Assembly (NCBI GenBank): GCA_964534625.1
Contig: CAZHRF010000006.1
Location: forward strand, 1-64,000
Source: an uncultured archaeon
Lineage (GTDB): Archaea > Asgardarchaeota > Heimdallarchaeia > Heimdallarchaeales > Heimdallarchaeaceae
Direction of reading: 5' to 3'
DNA: 64,000 nt
The notes below the pieces were generated by a model, which ran no database searches, was not told the DNA's origin, and saw nothing but the letters and a program-made list of their open reading frames with translations. This document shows, piece after piece, positions 38,182 through 49,032 of this stretch; position 1 is the first letter of the stretch; every line of letters begins with the position of its first letter. Both the position numbers and the translations under genes were made by a program.

Positions 38182-39672
38182 TTAAAAAGGATGTATCATT
38201 TTTTCAAAGAGTGTTAGTAAATTGTTTGCAAATATAATACACAACATAATTGCAAAGAAGGATAAAATAACAGCCAAATAAGAAAATTGTTCATTCGACA
38301 ATAAATATAGCGTTTTCTCATCTTTTATTCTTCTCTTTTTTTCTTCAAAAAGCATTGAAACATGCTTTATAACATAAATCAGGGACAGAATTATGGAGAA
38401 TGTTATAAGAGTTGAACTGTATATCCATTGAAAGCTAAATACAAATTGTATATAGAAAAAACTACCAATTATTAGGATAAGAATAGGAAATGAAAACAAG
38501 AAAATATACATTGAAATAAATAAAATGAATGCCAAGTTTGACTTAGAGCTGATGGTTGCAATATTTTTTATTGTAGGATTATCTATAATCTCTTTTGAAA
38601 AGTGGACAAGTGAAAATGAAAATAGGCATAAAATAGGATATAGAAAGAGAAAAGCAGAAATTGATTTAATAGTCAAAAGGTAAGAATCAGATGTAAGAGT
38701 AAATGAGAGAAGTAAAAGATAAATTCCACTAAGATACAAAAGGATATACTCTAGTAACTTTTTAAGATTATTAATTGTCAAAGTTGAAAATATCCCCCAT
38801 ATTAAGCTTATTGAGCTCATTATTAGTAATATTGTTAGCAAAAAAATGTTTTGAAATAGATTTCGCATGAATAGCACATATTTAGTAAGAATGAATAGTG
38901 ATACCCATTTCTGTATAATTATATAAATCTCTACAGGCGCAATATTTTGTTCTTTAAGATTGAAATAGTAGAAATGAAAAGGTGGAATACCGATCTGTAT
39001 AAAAAGAAAGGTTAGAATAAAGACGCTACTAATACCCAACCAAGTTAAATTTATTGAATTCTTTCTTTCAAATAAGAATGTATTAAGTGAGAGATAATGT
39101 GTAATAATTCCCAAGAAAAACAGAAGTAGACTAATAATATACATCTTAGAGTGGTTCTTATATTCACTTACTTCTTTTTTTTCGGGTTTTTCAAAACTAA
39201 ACATAAATAGAGAGATACCAAAACCTAAGACAACATACATGAATAAAATATAAATAAGAGATGAAAAAAGAGTTATAAAAAATCCAGATATAAGAATAAT
39301 TAAAATAGAAAGAAAAGGATTGAAGTTGAGGTCGTCAAAAACTATTCCTTCTACAGATACTTTCATAGTACAAATGATTAAAGTAAAAGATAAAGGAAAA
39401 AATAATGGAAAAATAAAATTTGAAAAGGAAAAGATAGGCAATAATTTGGATATATTAAATAAATTTTCATGATTGTACCAATAAATAATGTTGCTACATA
39501 TTATACACACAATTGTTGTATATCCATAAATAATTCTTATTCTTGTCTTAAGAAGAGGGATTCTTTTTATTAGTAAGTTCTTGAATGCACCAATTAAGAG
39601 AAGTACTAGAACACCTCCAAGTAATATTCCAATATGTAAGAAAGCTTTGATAGTAATAATTGCGAAAGACAT
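38182..39672 (-). CDS. NuoN/MrpD-like antiporter-type membrane subunit, highly diverged
   Basis: About 13-14 TM; QIGIPPFHFYY resembles KxGxxPFHxW; NLKKLLEY resembles xxKRLLAYS. Start re-set to ATG 39672. Confidence 0.6.
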   Translation of the reverse strand: MSFAIITIKAFLHIGILLGGVLVLLLIGAFKNLLIKRIPLLKTRIRIIYGYTTIVCIICSNIIYWYNHENLFNISKLLPIFSFSNFIFPLFFPLSFTLIICTMKVSVEGIVFDDLNFNPFLSILIILISGFFITLFSSLIYILFMYVVLGFGISLFMFSFEKPEKKEVSEYKNHSKMYIISLLLFFLGIITHYLSLNTFLFERKNSINLTWLGISSVFILTFLFIQIGIPPFHFYYFNLKEQNIAPVEIYIIIQKWVSLFILTKYVLFMRNLFQNIFLLTILLIMSSISLIWGIFSTLTINNLKKLLEYILLYLSGIYLLLLSFTLTSDSYLLTIKSISAFLFLYPILCLFSFSLVHFSKEIIDNPTIKNIATISSKSNLAFILFISMYIFLFSFPILILIIGSFFYIQFVFSFQWIYSSTLITFSIILSLIYVIKHVSMLFEEKKRRIKDEKTLYLLSNEQFSYLAVILSFFAIMLCIIFANNLLTLFEKMIHPF

Positions 39673-39673
39673 T

Positions 39674-41569
39674 TTAGGATACCCCCATAAATAATAAAAT
39701 GACAAAGAATGTAATAATGCAACATATTAGTATTATTAATTGTTTTTGGAAAGTAATAGTTTCAAGATTGCGGAAGAAACATGAAAGAGTAATTAGGCTT
39801 TGCTTAATGGTAGGATATATTTTTGTTCTAATAAAATGGTTTGCTTTTTTGAACAAAAGGAAGATATTGTTTAGACTGGACAATATGATTTTTTTCCAGA
39901 TGAATTGTTTCCAGAGTTTGTTTTTGAGATAATGACCAGATGGTAATAGAACTTTATTATAGCAATAAAAACAAGTTACAATTAAAAATGGAAAACTCAT
40001 GATATCAATTAGTTTATTTCCAATTAATACTATTTTTTTCTTTATTTCATCCATTTTATTGATTCGTCTAATGAAAAAGCCACTACTTGATAATATCAGA
40101 ACAATAATACCAAGTAAAAGAATGAGTGTATTCAATAAACTACGAATATTGATACTCATAGGTAAAGTATCAATCTTTACCAAACCATAGAGAGGATAAA
40201 GTAGTGATTGAACGAGCAATAATAGAATACAACAAAGCAGTAGAAAAATTTCTTCTATTGACAGAAGATCATAATTTATCTCTTCAAAAAGATAAAATAA
40301 TTTGATTAAAATAATAAGTTCAAATATCGTTTTTATTACATATATAATGATTGCGTATGTTTTTGTTCCGACATAGAAACTGTTTAGTATATATGTAAAG
40401 AGAAGTGCAGAACTATTTAATGGAGGAAAGCCAATTAAAGAAGTAGAAACAATAAAATAACAAAGCAGGACTAGCCATTTTTTTCCTAATTGTTTATCTT
40501 TCTTTTTAAGAGAGTATTTCGACCATATAAACTGATTAATCCACAATGAGGAAAAAATTAATGGTGCCACTAACAAAACATGATTAAATATACTTTTTAG
40601 ATTAAAACTTAAACTGAACAACGCAAAGGCCAGATAAGCTACTTGTAAGTTTTTGCCAATTGAAAGTTTATCATTCATAAATCCTGTACTCATTAAAGTG
40701 ATTATTAGTATAACACCAGATATAATCCTAGTTGGAAGAAAATAATGGGTAAACAAGGTGTAAATTGGGGTAAGGATAGTACAAACAATAGGTAAACAAA
40801 GATAAACAGAGCTAATGTGCATTGTAGAACATAATGAAAGTCTGTTAATGTACCATGACTGAAAAGGGGGAAAAGCTGTTTTCAAAGTGATTCCAAGGAG
40901 AATCAAAACATAGTGAGGTACTAAATTTACATCCTTTAATCCATCTTGAAAAATGATTTCCATCTCCGCTATAACCGACGTCCCAAATGTAATTATGACT
41001 AAAAGAAAACCAAAGAGCAATAATATAGTCCCAAGCACCTGAGTGATTATCAATTCCAATGAATAATTACTTATAGTGTTAGTTTCATTAATTTGCTCTC
41101 GAACATAGATAGAAATGAAACATAAATCAACTATAAAGAGAAGAAGGAGAATTTGAACCAAACTATGAGAAAATGATAAGAAAACAACAAATGTAAAAAA
41201 AACGGAAGGATTAATATCCTTGCTTAAATCATTTTTTGCAGTCATATAATTCTGAAAATCAACTAAGAGTAAAACGATAACAAAAACCATGTAAAACAAA
41301 AAACTTTGAATAGTGATATATAAACCAAAAGAAAAATCGATATTGTAAATTGAAAAATCGAAAAATAGTGTTTCAATCTTTTGAGTACCTTGTATAAAAT
41401 AACTAATGGTGTTAAAGGTTACTAGTCCAGCATTAGTAATAAATGAACTATATACTTTGATCTTTTTATAGAGTGAATACTCAATATCTGAACGCAAAAA
41501 CAAATAAAAAAACGTACTCAGTAATAACCATACCAAGTGACAGATAATAATGAGAGACAGATTATTCAT
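39674..41569 (-). CDS. NuoL/MrpA-like antiporter-type membrane subunit, highly diverged
   Basis: LKTAFPPFQSWY resembles GKSAQxPLHxWL; SLIGFPPLNS resembles LxGxPPFxG; C-terminal amphipathic helix plus TM. Confidence 0.6.
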   Translation of the reverse strand: MNNLSLIIICHLVWLLLSTFFYLFLRSDIEYSLYKKIKVYSSFITNAGLVTFNTISYFIQGTQKIETLFFDFSIYNIDFSFGLYITIQSFLFYMVFVIVLLLVDFQNYMTAKNDLSKDINPSVFFTFVVFLSFSHSLVQILLLLFIVDLCFISIYVREQINETNTISNYSLELIITQVLGTILLLFGFLLVIITFGTSVIAEMEIIFQDGLKDVNLVPHYVLILLGITLKTAFPPFQSWYINRLSLCSTMHISSVYLCLPIVCTILTPIYTLFTHYFLPTRIISGVILIITLMSTGFMNDKLSIGKNLQVAYLAFALFSLSFNLKSIFNHVLLVAPLIFSSLWINQFIWSKYSLKKKDKQLGKKWLVLLCYFIVSTSLIGFPPLNSSALLFTYILNSFYVGTKTYAIIIYVIKTIFELIILIKLFYLFEEINYDLLSIEEIFLLLCCILLLLVQSLLYPLYGLVKIDTLPMSINIRSLLNTLILLLGIIVLILSSSGFFIRRINKMDEIKKKIVLIGNKLIDIMSFPFLIVTCFYCYNKVLLPSGHYLKNKLWKQFIWKKIILSSLNNIFLLFKKANHFIRTKIYPTIKQSLITLSCFFRNLETITFQKQLIILICCIITFFVILLFMGVS

Positions 41570-41840
41570 TGGATATACCTCCCTTTTCCGCTGATTTTGG
41601 ATAGAATTGTTTTTCCAAAAATATTACAAATAGAAATAAAATGACAATTTGAAAGGAAGCGAAAATAAAAATAATTATCTCAATAGTGATTTGCTTTATT
41701 GATAGTAAAGTTATACCTGCACCAATAATAAAAAGACATCCAATAAGGAAAGTATAATCGCCTTTTGCTCTTACAATTAAATATAAACCCAGTACAATAT
41801 TAAATAATGCTAAAATAAATAACGAAATTACATAAACCAT
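41562..41840 (-). CDS. Small 3-TM protein, NuoK/MrpC-like by size and position
   Basis: 92 aa, three hydrophobic segments, overlaps neighbours in the operon. Confidence 0.4.
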   Translation of the reverse strand: MVYVISLFILALFNIVLGLYLIVRAKGDYTFLIGCLFIIGAGITLLSIKQITIEIIIFIFASFQIVILFLFVIFLEKQFYPKSAEKGGISNE

Positions 41841-42469
41841 ATATCCACCTTCTTTCGTTTATTTTCTTTTGAAACCAAAACTAACAGCCCTAAAAATAAG
41901 AAAAACTCTAGTATAAAAAAAGTCATGAATAACATAAGCGTTAGCAGAGTATTTTTAATGAATGAATGAAAGATTAATTGCTGGCCAAGATCCAGATTAG
42001 CTTTAACAATGGGATAAAGAACGACACCAAACAATAACAAAAACAAAATTAGACTAGGATCTTTTATAGTAAATATTTCTTTAGTCTTCTTCTGCTCAAA
42101 TGTTAAAAAAAACAGGACAATAAAGCAGAATATAATGATCCAAGAAACAAATAAAACATAATGTTTACTTGCAAGAAAAATTAAAGCAAAACTAAATAGT
42201 GAGCTAAGAAGAAAATAATGTATTTTCTCTTTATCCAAAAAGGCAGATATAAAAAATCCTGACTGCATACTGATACCCAAATAATAGACAAAATGAAAAA
42301 AGTTTTTCAAAAGTATAATGAGTACAATATTAGCTGTTAATCCAAATATGATCACAACCCCTCTGAACCACCAATTTTTAAATAAATTGCCACACACAAT
42401 TGCTGATATAGTTACACTAACTACTATGTAAGTTATAATTAAAATTATCAAACTAGAGATATCAACCAT
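41828..42469 (-). CDS. Membrane protein, NuoJ-like by position
   Basis: Polytopic; C-terminal FFILEFFLFLGLLV resembles NuoJ FExxSxLLL; first gene of the cluster. Confidence 0.35.
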   Translation of the reverse strand: MVDISSLIILIITYIVVSVTISAIVCGNLFKNWWFRGVVIIFGLTANIVLIILLKNFFHFVYYLGISMQSGFFISAFLDKEKIHYFLLSSLFSFALIFLASKHYVLFVSWIIIFCFIVLFFLTFEQKKTKEIFTIKDPSLILFLLLFGVVLYPIVKANLDLGQQLIFHSFIKNTLLTLMLFMTFFILEFFLFLGLLVLVSKENKRKKVDIWFM

Positions 42470-42596
42470 GCAATCACATAAAATACAGAAAATCTCAGAT
42501 ATAAACTTTTGTGAATTAAATTTTGAGATTATTTGATATGCTGTTCTTTCCGACCTAACATAAACTTTATTACGTTAAAATTTTCCTTTAAACTAC

Positions 42597-44417
42597 ATGT
42601 CTTCTCATTACAACCCAATTGCGCATAAAAGACAGAGTTCTGTTAAAGATATCTATAAAGTACTTAAGCCTTATTTTTCAAGAAGAAAATGGACACTATT
42701 ATTTATCGCGTTTGTTTCCTTTATATCTTCTCTAATGGCCTTATCAACCCCATTATTGATAAGAGAGGTAATGAGGATAGCCATCCCTAGCGAAAATATT
42801 AATATGGTATGGTTGTTAGGGGGAGCAATTTTTGGGGCGGCATTAATTGCGGGTTTAATGCAATTTCTTTCAAGATATTTTGGTGCTTTCATGAGTGAGA
42901 GAATCATTCTTGAATTACGAAACGACTTATATCGTACGTTACAAGAACTTAGATTGGAATTTTATGATGAAGAAAGCACAGGACAAATAATGACAAGAGT
43001 GACAACCGACTTAAATCATATCCAAAGATTTGTCAATTTTACTCTTCGATTAATTATGAACGGACTTGTACTTTTTACTGGATCATATATTGCTATGATC
43101 ATAATTAATTGGCAATTAGGATTAATATTGCTTGTCATTTTTCCGGGATTTATTTGGTTAATTTATTGGTTTAGCTCTAAAGTAAGACCTTTATTTTATG
43201 AATCTAGAATTAAGTATGGATCTGTGACAGCAATTATCCAAGAGAATATTACGGGCGCTCATATTGTTCGAGGGTTTGCCCAAGAAGAAAATGAAATTCA
43301 ACGGTTTACAGAAGCCAACAAAGAATATAGAGATTTACGAATAAAAACTCTTTCTTATAGGGCAGTTTATTTTGCTACTATGAATCTACTTATTGGGATT
43401 GGAGTTGGTTTAACTCTTTTACTAGGTGGGCTAGCTGTAACAAATGATGCCATGGTTAGAGGAGATGTAGTAGCATACATATTCTTACTAGGCTTACTTG
43501 CTACACCTACTCGACATCTTACTTGGTTAGTTGGTCTCATACAACGTACTTTAGCTAGTGGTGATCGAATTATTGAGTTAACTTCTGCTAAAAAAGAAAT
43601 CAAAGAGGCACCTGATGCGATATCGCCACCAAGATTTCAAGGCAAAATTACATATGAGAACGTGTTCTTTGAGTATGAGGAAAATCGTCCTATTTTAAAA
43701 AATGTAAATGTGGATATCCCACCAGGACAAAAAGTTGTTGTGATGGGAGGAACAGGATCAGGCAAAAGTACCTTTATATTAATGTTACCGCGCTTTTATG
43801 ATCCTAATAAAGGGATAATTAAGATAGATGGTCATGATATTAAAAAGTATAAGCTAAAAGAGATGAGAAAACAAATAGGGCTTGTATTACAAGAAACTTA
43901 TTTATTTAATGGAACAATAAAAGAAAACATCGCTTTTGGTAAACCAGATGCTTTAGATGAAGAGATTATTCAAGCAGCAAAAGTTGCCAAAATACATGAA
44001 TATATTGACAGCTTACCAGATAAGTATGATACACATGTGGGTGATAGAGGAATTACATTATCAGGAGGACAAAAACAGCGAGTATCTATAGCTCGTACAT
44101 TAGTCACGAACCCATCCATATTAATTTTTGACGATTCTACAGCTTCAGTAGATGCACATACAGAAGCGCAAATACAAGAATCTCTCGATATTTTGAGCGA
44201 AGGAAGGACGACGTTGATAATTAGTCAGAGGATATCCTCAGTTCAATATGCGGATAGAATATTGGTTTTTCAAAAAGGAGAAATTGTACAAGATGGAAGC
44301 CATGAAGAATTAATCAATCAAGAAGGATTGTATAAAAATATCTATGATACATTATCAAGAAGCTATGAGGACAGAACCGTAGTCATACCAGAAAAACCAG
44401 TACAAAGAGGCGATTAA
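42597..44417 (+). CDS. ABC exporter, heterodimer subunit with degenerate ATPase site
   Basis: 6-TM domain, GGTGSGKST, LSGGQKQR, degenerate IFDDST and ISQR. Confidence 0.93.
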   Translation: MSSHYNPIAHKRQSSVKDIYKVLKPYFSRRKWTLLFIAFVSFISSLMALSTPLLIREVMRIAIPSENINMVWLLGGAIFGAALIAGLMQFLSRYFGAFMSERIILELRNDLYRTLQELRLEFYDEESTGQIMTRVTTDLNHIQRFVNFTLRLIMNGLVLFTGSYIAMIIINWQLGLILLVIFPGFIWLIYWFSSKVRPLFYESRIKYGSVTAIIQENITGAHIVRGFAQEENEIQRFTEANKEYRDLRIKTLSYRAVYFATMNLLIGIGVGLTLLLGGLAVTNDAMVRGDVVAYIFLLGLLATPTRHLTWLVGLIQRTLASGDRIIELTSAKKEIKEAPDAISPPRFQGKITYENVFFEYEENRPILKNVNVDIPPGQKVVVMGGTGSGKSTFILMLPRFYDPNKGIIKIDGHDIKKYKLKEMRKQIGLVLQETYLFNGTIKENIAFGKPDALDEEIIQAAKVAKIHEYIDSLPDKYDTHVGDRGITLSGGQKQRVSIARTLVTNPSILIFDDSTASVDAHTEAQIQESLDILSEGRTTLIISQRISSVQYADRILVFQKGEIVQDGSHEELINQEGLYKNIYDTLSRSYEDRTVVIPEKPVQRGD

Positions 44418-44418
44418 A

Positions 44419-46233
44419 ATGGCATGGAGAGTTATGCGAGCAGCAAGAATGGAAAAAGAAGAACGAACACAATACTCAGATTGGACGTTGTTTAAGCGTA
44501 CATTGAAATTATTTAGATATTATATCGGCGAAACGATAAGTGTTATAGCTATCGTTATTACAGCTTCTATAATATCTATATTACTCCCGATACTAGTACA
44601 AAGAACTTTAGATTATTATATCTATCCAGGAAACCAAGCATTTCAAGATGAGATTATCATAATGAGTGGTATTTATCTTGGTTTTATTATATTGAACTTC
44701 TTTATCATGCTAGCAAGAACTATATTTTTTGCTAGATTGGGACAGAAGATAATTTACAAACTTCGAAATAACGTATTTAATAAATTACAAGGGTTAGGAC
44801 TAGATTATTATACAAAAGTGGAATCGGGCCGTACAATTTCTAAAGTTACTAATGATGTGGATAGTCTAGGAGAACTACTTACATCAGGTATAATCGATAT
44901 TTTTGCAGACTTTTTTTCCCTCATATGGATAATTGCAATTATGCTTACCTATGACGTGGGCATGACATTAATGACATTCACAGTTATACCAATCTTGGTA
45001 ATTGTTTCATTCATCTTCCAAAAGAGAGTTAGAAAAGCTTATCGTAAAACAAGGGTTGCAATAGCAAAAGTTACAGCCAATCTCCAAGAGACTATTACAG
45101 GCGTTAAGGTAACTCGTTCATTATCAAGAGAAGATAGAAGTATAACAAACTTTCGAGAAATAAACAAGGAAACTTTTGAAGCTAACGTAGAAGCTGCAGG
45201 TATTTCTTCATTTTTCATGCCATTAATTCAATTAATATCAGCATTAGGTAGTACTATTATTGTATTATACGGAGGCTACTTAGCTATAACTACCGGGAGA
45301 ATAACTTACGGAGAATTATATATATTCTTGGATTATTCTAGTAAATTCTTTGCACCTATTATGAGTCTATTTATGTTCTATACCGTCATTCAAAGTGGTT
45401 TTGCTAGTGCTGAACGAATATTTGAGATTATGGACGAAGAACCATCAATCATCAATGCCGATGACCCAATAATCCCAAAAAAAATCAAAGGACATATCAA
45501 ATTTGAAAATGTTTGTTTTAGATATGAGGAAGATATAGCAGTCTTGAAAGATATAAATTTAGAAATACAACCAGGGGAGAGTTTGGCTCTTGTTGGACAT
45601 ACAGGGGCAGGAAAAACTACGATGACAAAACTTCTTTCCCGTTATTATGATGTCAACCAAGGCAGATTATTAATTGATGGTATTAATATTAGAAAAATTG
45701 ATCTACCAACCTTACGCAAGAACATTGCAGTAGTACCACAAGATGTATTTCTTTTTAGTGGCACAATCATGGAGAATTTAAAATACGGTAAAAAACAAGC
45801 TAGTGATGAAACTGTTTATAGGATATGTAAGACTTTAGGGTTATATGATTATATATTGGATCTCCCAGATCAATACGAGACAGACGTACGAGAGGGCGGT
45901 TCTCGATTATCCTTAGGACAAAGACAACTTTTATCATTAGCACGTGCTATGATTGCCGACCCAAAGATACTCATCATGGACGAATCATCAAGTTCTGTTG
46001 ATCCAATAACCGAAGAATTAATTCAGAAAGGAATAGAAGAACTACTAAAAGGACGAACCTCAATAATTATAGCCCATCGTTTGAGTACAATTAAAAATGT
46101 TTCAAGCATTATTGTACTGGATCATGGCAAAATTGTCGAAAGAGGAACACATCAAGAACTAATTAAAAAACAAGGAGCTTATTACGGATTATATAGTACT
46201 CAGTTGACAAGTAACATTATTGATGAAACCTAA
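44419..46233 (+). CDS. ABC exporter, heterodimer subunit with consensus catalytic E/H
   Basis: GHTGAGKTT, LSLGQRQ, IMDESS, IAHRLST. Confidence 0.93.
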   Translation: MAWRVMRAARMEKEERTQYSDWTLFKRTLKLFRYYIGETISVIAIVITASIISILLPILVQRTLDYYIYPGNQAFQDEIIIMSGIYLGFIILNFFIMLARTIFFARLGQKIIYKLRNNVFNKLQGLGLDYYTKVESGRTISKVTNDVDSLGELLTSGIIDIFADFFSLIWIIAIMLTYDVGMTLMTFTVIPILVIVSFIFQKRVRKAYRKTRVAIAKVTANLQETITGVKVTRSLSREDRSITNFREINKETFEANVEAAGISSFFMPLIQLISALGSTIIVLYGGYLAITTGRITYGELYIFLDYSSKFFAPIMSLFMFYTVIQSGFASAERIFEIMDEEPSIINADDPIIPKKIKGHIKFENVCFRYEEDIAVLKDINLEIQPGESLALVGHTGAGKTTMTKLLSRYYDVNQGRLLIDGINIRKIDLPTLRKNIAVVPQDVFLFSGTIMENLKYGKKQASDETVYRICKTLGLYDYILDLPDQYETDVREGGSRLSLGQRQLLSLARAMIADPKILIMDESSSSVDPITEELIQKGIEELLKGRTSIIIAHRLSTIKNVSSIIVLDHGKIVERGTHQELIKKQGAYYGLYSTQLTSNIIDET

Positions 46234-46315
46234 TCCTTTTTTCTAACTTCATTTCACAATCTTTTTTAAATCACTTTTTTTATATCGATTAATCACATTC
46301 TATGGTGTATAATTT

Positions 46316-48172
46316 ATGGCGACCTTAAAAGAACTTATAGCTAAAGAAGATAATGAGGTCCTTTGTTTAGGTAATGAAGCCATCGCCCGTGGAGCTATCG
46401 AGGCAAGTGTTCAAGTTTTTGCTGCCTATCCAGGTACTCCAAGTTCAGAGGCAAGTATGGCGCTCAATGCTGCGGCCCCTAAATTGGGATTTTATGCTGA
46501 GTGGAGTGCAAATGAGAAAGTTGCGCTAGAGACGGCTTTTGCCGCTTCTATTAGCGGCGTAAGAGCTATGACTGCAATGAAACATGTTGGAGTTAACGTC
46601 GCAGCTGATGCTTTGTATTCTATGACTTATATGGGAACTAAAGGAGGATTAGTCATTCTAGTTGCTGATGATCCGCACATGTTTAGTTCTCAAAACGAAC
46701 AAGATTCGAGATGGTTAGGAGTATCAGCTCAAATACCTATACTTGAACCAAGTAATCCTCATGAAGCAAAGAAAATGACCAAAATGGCATTTGATATTAG
46801 TGAAAAATTTGAAATGCCAATAATATTACGATCTACTACAAGGATTTCGCATGCACGTGCAGATGTAAAGTTTGAGAAATTTGATTCAAAGTATCGAGAG
46901 GGTGAATTTGACGGTACAAATCGGTTTAAGTGCTTACCAGCTCTTGCTCGTGCTAATCATCCCAAATTAAGAGCAAGAATGGAAAAAATCAAAGAGTGGT
47001 TACCTGAAAGCGGTTTAACAGAAATTGAAGAAGCTGACGATAATACCTATGGTATTATTACAAGCGGAATTTCCTATGCATATGTCAAAGATGCACTACA
47101 TTTGCTAGATAAAAAAGTACCTATCCTCAAACTAGGAATTGTTGCTCCATTAGATGAAAAATCCATTTTAGATTTTGCGAAAGGTAAAAAACAGATTATC
47201 TTCATTGAAGAAGTTGAATCTTATCTTGAAGACAGAATTTCAGCTTTACTATTGCAAAAAGGCATTACGCCTAAGATTCATGGAAAATCTTCAGGTATTA
47301 CTAAAAGATATCATGAACTCAATGCTCGTTTAGTTGCAAAAGGATTAGCTGAAGTAATTGGAGGAGAAAAACTAGTAAATACTGAACCAATTCTTGAAGC
47401 AAAAAATGAAACGAAAGATTTTGTACCTTTTAGACCCCCTCTATTTTGTGCTGGATGTCAACATAGAGCTGCTTTTTATGAATTATCAAAAGTCGTAAAG
47501 AAGAAAGATGGTATATTTTCAAGCGATATTGGGTGTTACTCGCTTGACCCATGGGTTACTGACACAATTCTCTGCATGGGTGGAAGTATAGGTATGGCAA
47601 ATGGTTTTACAAAAGTAATTAAAGACAAACCAGTTTTTGCAATAATAGGTGATTCAACCTTCTTCCATACGGGTTTACCCGCTTTAGCCAATGCAGTGTA
47701 TACGAACGCAAACATGAATGTTTTAGTTTTAGACAATAGAATGACAGCCATGACTGGATTTCAACCAAACCCTACTGAAACCATCGATATTATTGACGTA
47801 GCCAAGGGGTTAGGTGTAAAATATGTCGTAGAGTTTGATCCATACGACTTTGAAAAAGGAAAAGAAGTTTTTGAAAAAGCAATTGAATACGAAGGTCCTA
47901 CGGTTATTGTAATGCGCAAAATATGCGCAAATGAGGATTGGAGACGGAAACGTCGTGCTGGAGTAGATATTCAAACTTATGAAGTTGATCCAGAAAAATG
48001 TATTGCATGTTCAACCTGTCTTGTCAGATATGAATGTCCAGCCATTTCTTGGAGTATTGATACAAATTCTAAGGGTAAAAGATATGCTGTGATTGATGCC
48101 TCAATGTGCACTGGTTGTAGTGTGTGCTCACAAATTTGTCCAGTAAAGGCTATTTCTAAAAAGGAGGATTAA
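46316..48172 (+). CDS. iorA: Indolepyruvate:ferredoxin oxidoreductase alpha subunit
   Basis: GNEAIARGA, YPGTPSSE, NEKVALE, SSQNEQD, RPPLFCAGC, GDSTFFH, C-terminal 2x[4Fe-4S]. Confidence 0.95.
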   Translation: MATLKELIAKEDNEVLCLGNEAIARGAIEASVQVFAAYPGTPSSEASMALNAAAPKLGFYAEWSANEKVALETAFAASISGVRAMTAMKHVGVNVAADALYSMTYMGTKGGLVILVADDPHMFSSQNEQDSRWLGVSAQIPILEPSNPHEAKKMTKMAFDISEKFEMPIILRSTTRISHARADVKFEKFDSKYREGEFDGTNRFKCLPALARANHPKLRARMEKIKEWLPESGLTEIEEADDNTYGIITSGISYAYVKDALHLLDKKVPILKLGIVAPLDEKSILDFAKGKKQIIFIEEVESYLEDRISALLLQKGITPKIHGKSSGITKRYHELNARLVAKGLAEVIGGEKLVNTEPILEAKNETKDFVPFRPPLFCAGCQHRAAFYELSKVVKKKDGIFSSDIGCYSLDPWVTDTILCMGGSIGMANGFTKVIKDKPVFAIIGDSTFFHTGLPALANAVYTNANMNVLVLDNRMTAMTGFQPNPTETIDIIDVAKGLGVKYVVEFDPYDFEKGKEVFEKAIEYEGPTVIVMRKICANEDWRRKRRAGVDIQTYEVDPEKCIACSTCLVRYECPAISWSIDTNSKGKRYAVIDASMCTGCSVCSQICPVKAISKKED

Positions 48173-48174
48173 AA

Positions 48175-48771
48175 ATGGAAGATACATATCAAATGATCGT
48201 TGTTGGTGTAGGAGGACAGGGAATATTGACCATTTCAGATGTTATATCTATAGCAGCAAGAAAAAAAGGTTTGCATATTCTAGGTTCAGAAGTTCATGGA
48301 ATGGCTCAAAAAGGTGGTAGTGTTATCACTAACCTAAAAATTGGTACAGAGTTATATTCACCGACCATACCCCTAGGTTCAGCTGAAGTTTTAATAGGAT
48401 TAGAACAAAATGAAACTCTGAGATATCTTGAATATCTCAAACCTAACGGAATGGTAATAACATCTAGAACTGTTCTTTATCCTGTTACATGGAAAAAAGA
48501 TAAAAAAGCAGCTGATCAAGCGAGAGAGAACATTGAAGAAAATTTAAGGAAATTCAATGCCAAAATAATACAAATTGATGCTGAAAAACTAGCTATTGAA
48601 GCTGGTCTTTCTTTAGCTCAAAATGTTGTCCTTCTAGGTGCCCTTTCACAAGTAGAAGGATTTCCACTGGCTGAAGAAGAATTGAGAGAGGCATTAAAAG
48701 AAAGAGTACCTTCAAAATACTTAGAACAGAATTTGAAAGCGTTCAAATTGGGTATTAAAGCAATGAAGTAA
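48175..48771 (+). CDS. iorB: Indolepyruvate:ferredoxin oxidoreductase beta subunit
   Basis: GVGGQG, SEVHGMAQKGGSV, NVVLLGA, NLKAF. Confidence 0.95.
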   Translation: MEDTYQMIVVGVGGQGILTISDVISIAARKKGLHILGSEVHGMAQKGGSVITNLKIGTELYSPTIPLGSAEVLIGLEQNETLRYLEYLKPNGMVITSRTVLYPVTWKKDKKAADQARENIEENLRKFNAKIIQIDAEKLAIEAGLSLAQNVVLLGALSQVEGFPLAEEELREALKERVPSKYLEQNLKAFKLGIKAMK

Positions 48772-48901
48772 ATTCTTTTTCATTATTTCTTTTTATTTTG
48801 TATCTTTTTTATCTTATTTTGAATAAACAAGTTTACTTTGGAGTAGGTGAATCTATCACCAGCGAGGTTTTATTCATTTTTTAATTACTTAAGAATTGAT
48901 T

Positions 48902-48921
48902 TTTTTTGACCTGTCAAAAAA
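48902..48921. promoter_or_regulatory. Operator-like palindrome upstream of the DUF211 gene
   Basis: TTTTTTGAC-CT-GTCAAAAAA. Confidence 0.35.
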
Positions 48922-49032
48922 CTGGGATTTTAATTTCCCTTTTCGGGGTTTGATTATAGAACAAGTAGAAAACACAAATATTATATGGGAGATAAATAAA
49001 TCCTATTTACTCAATAAAAATGGGAAACAAAA

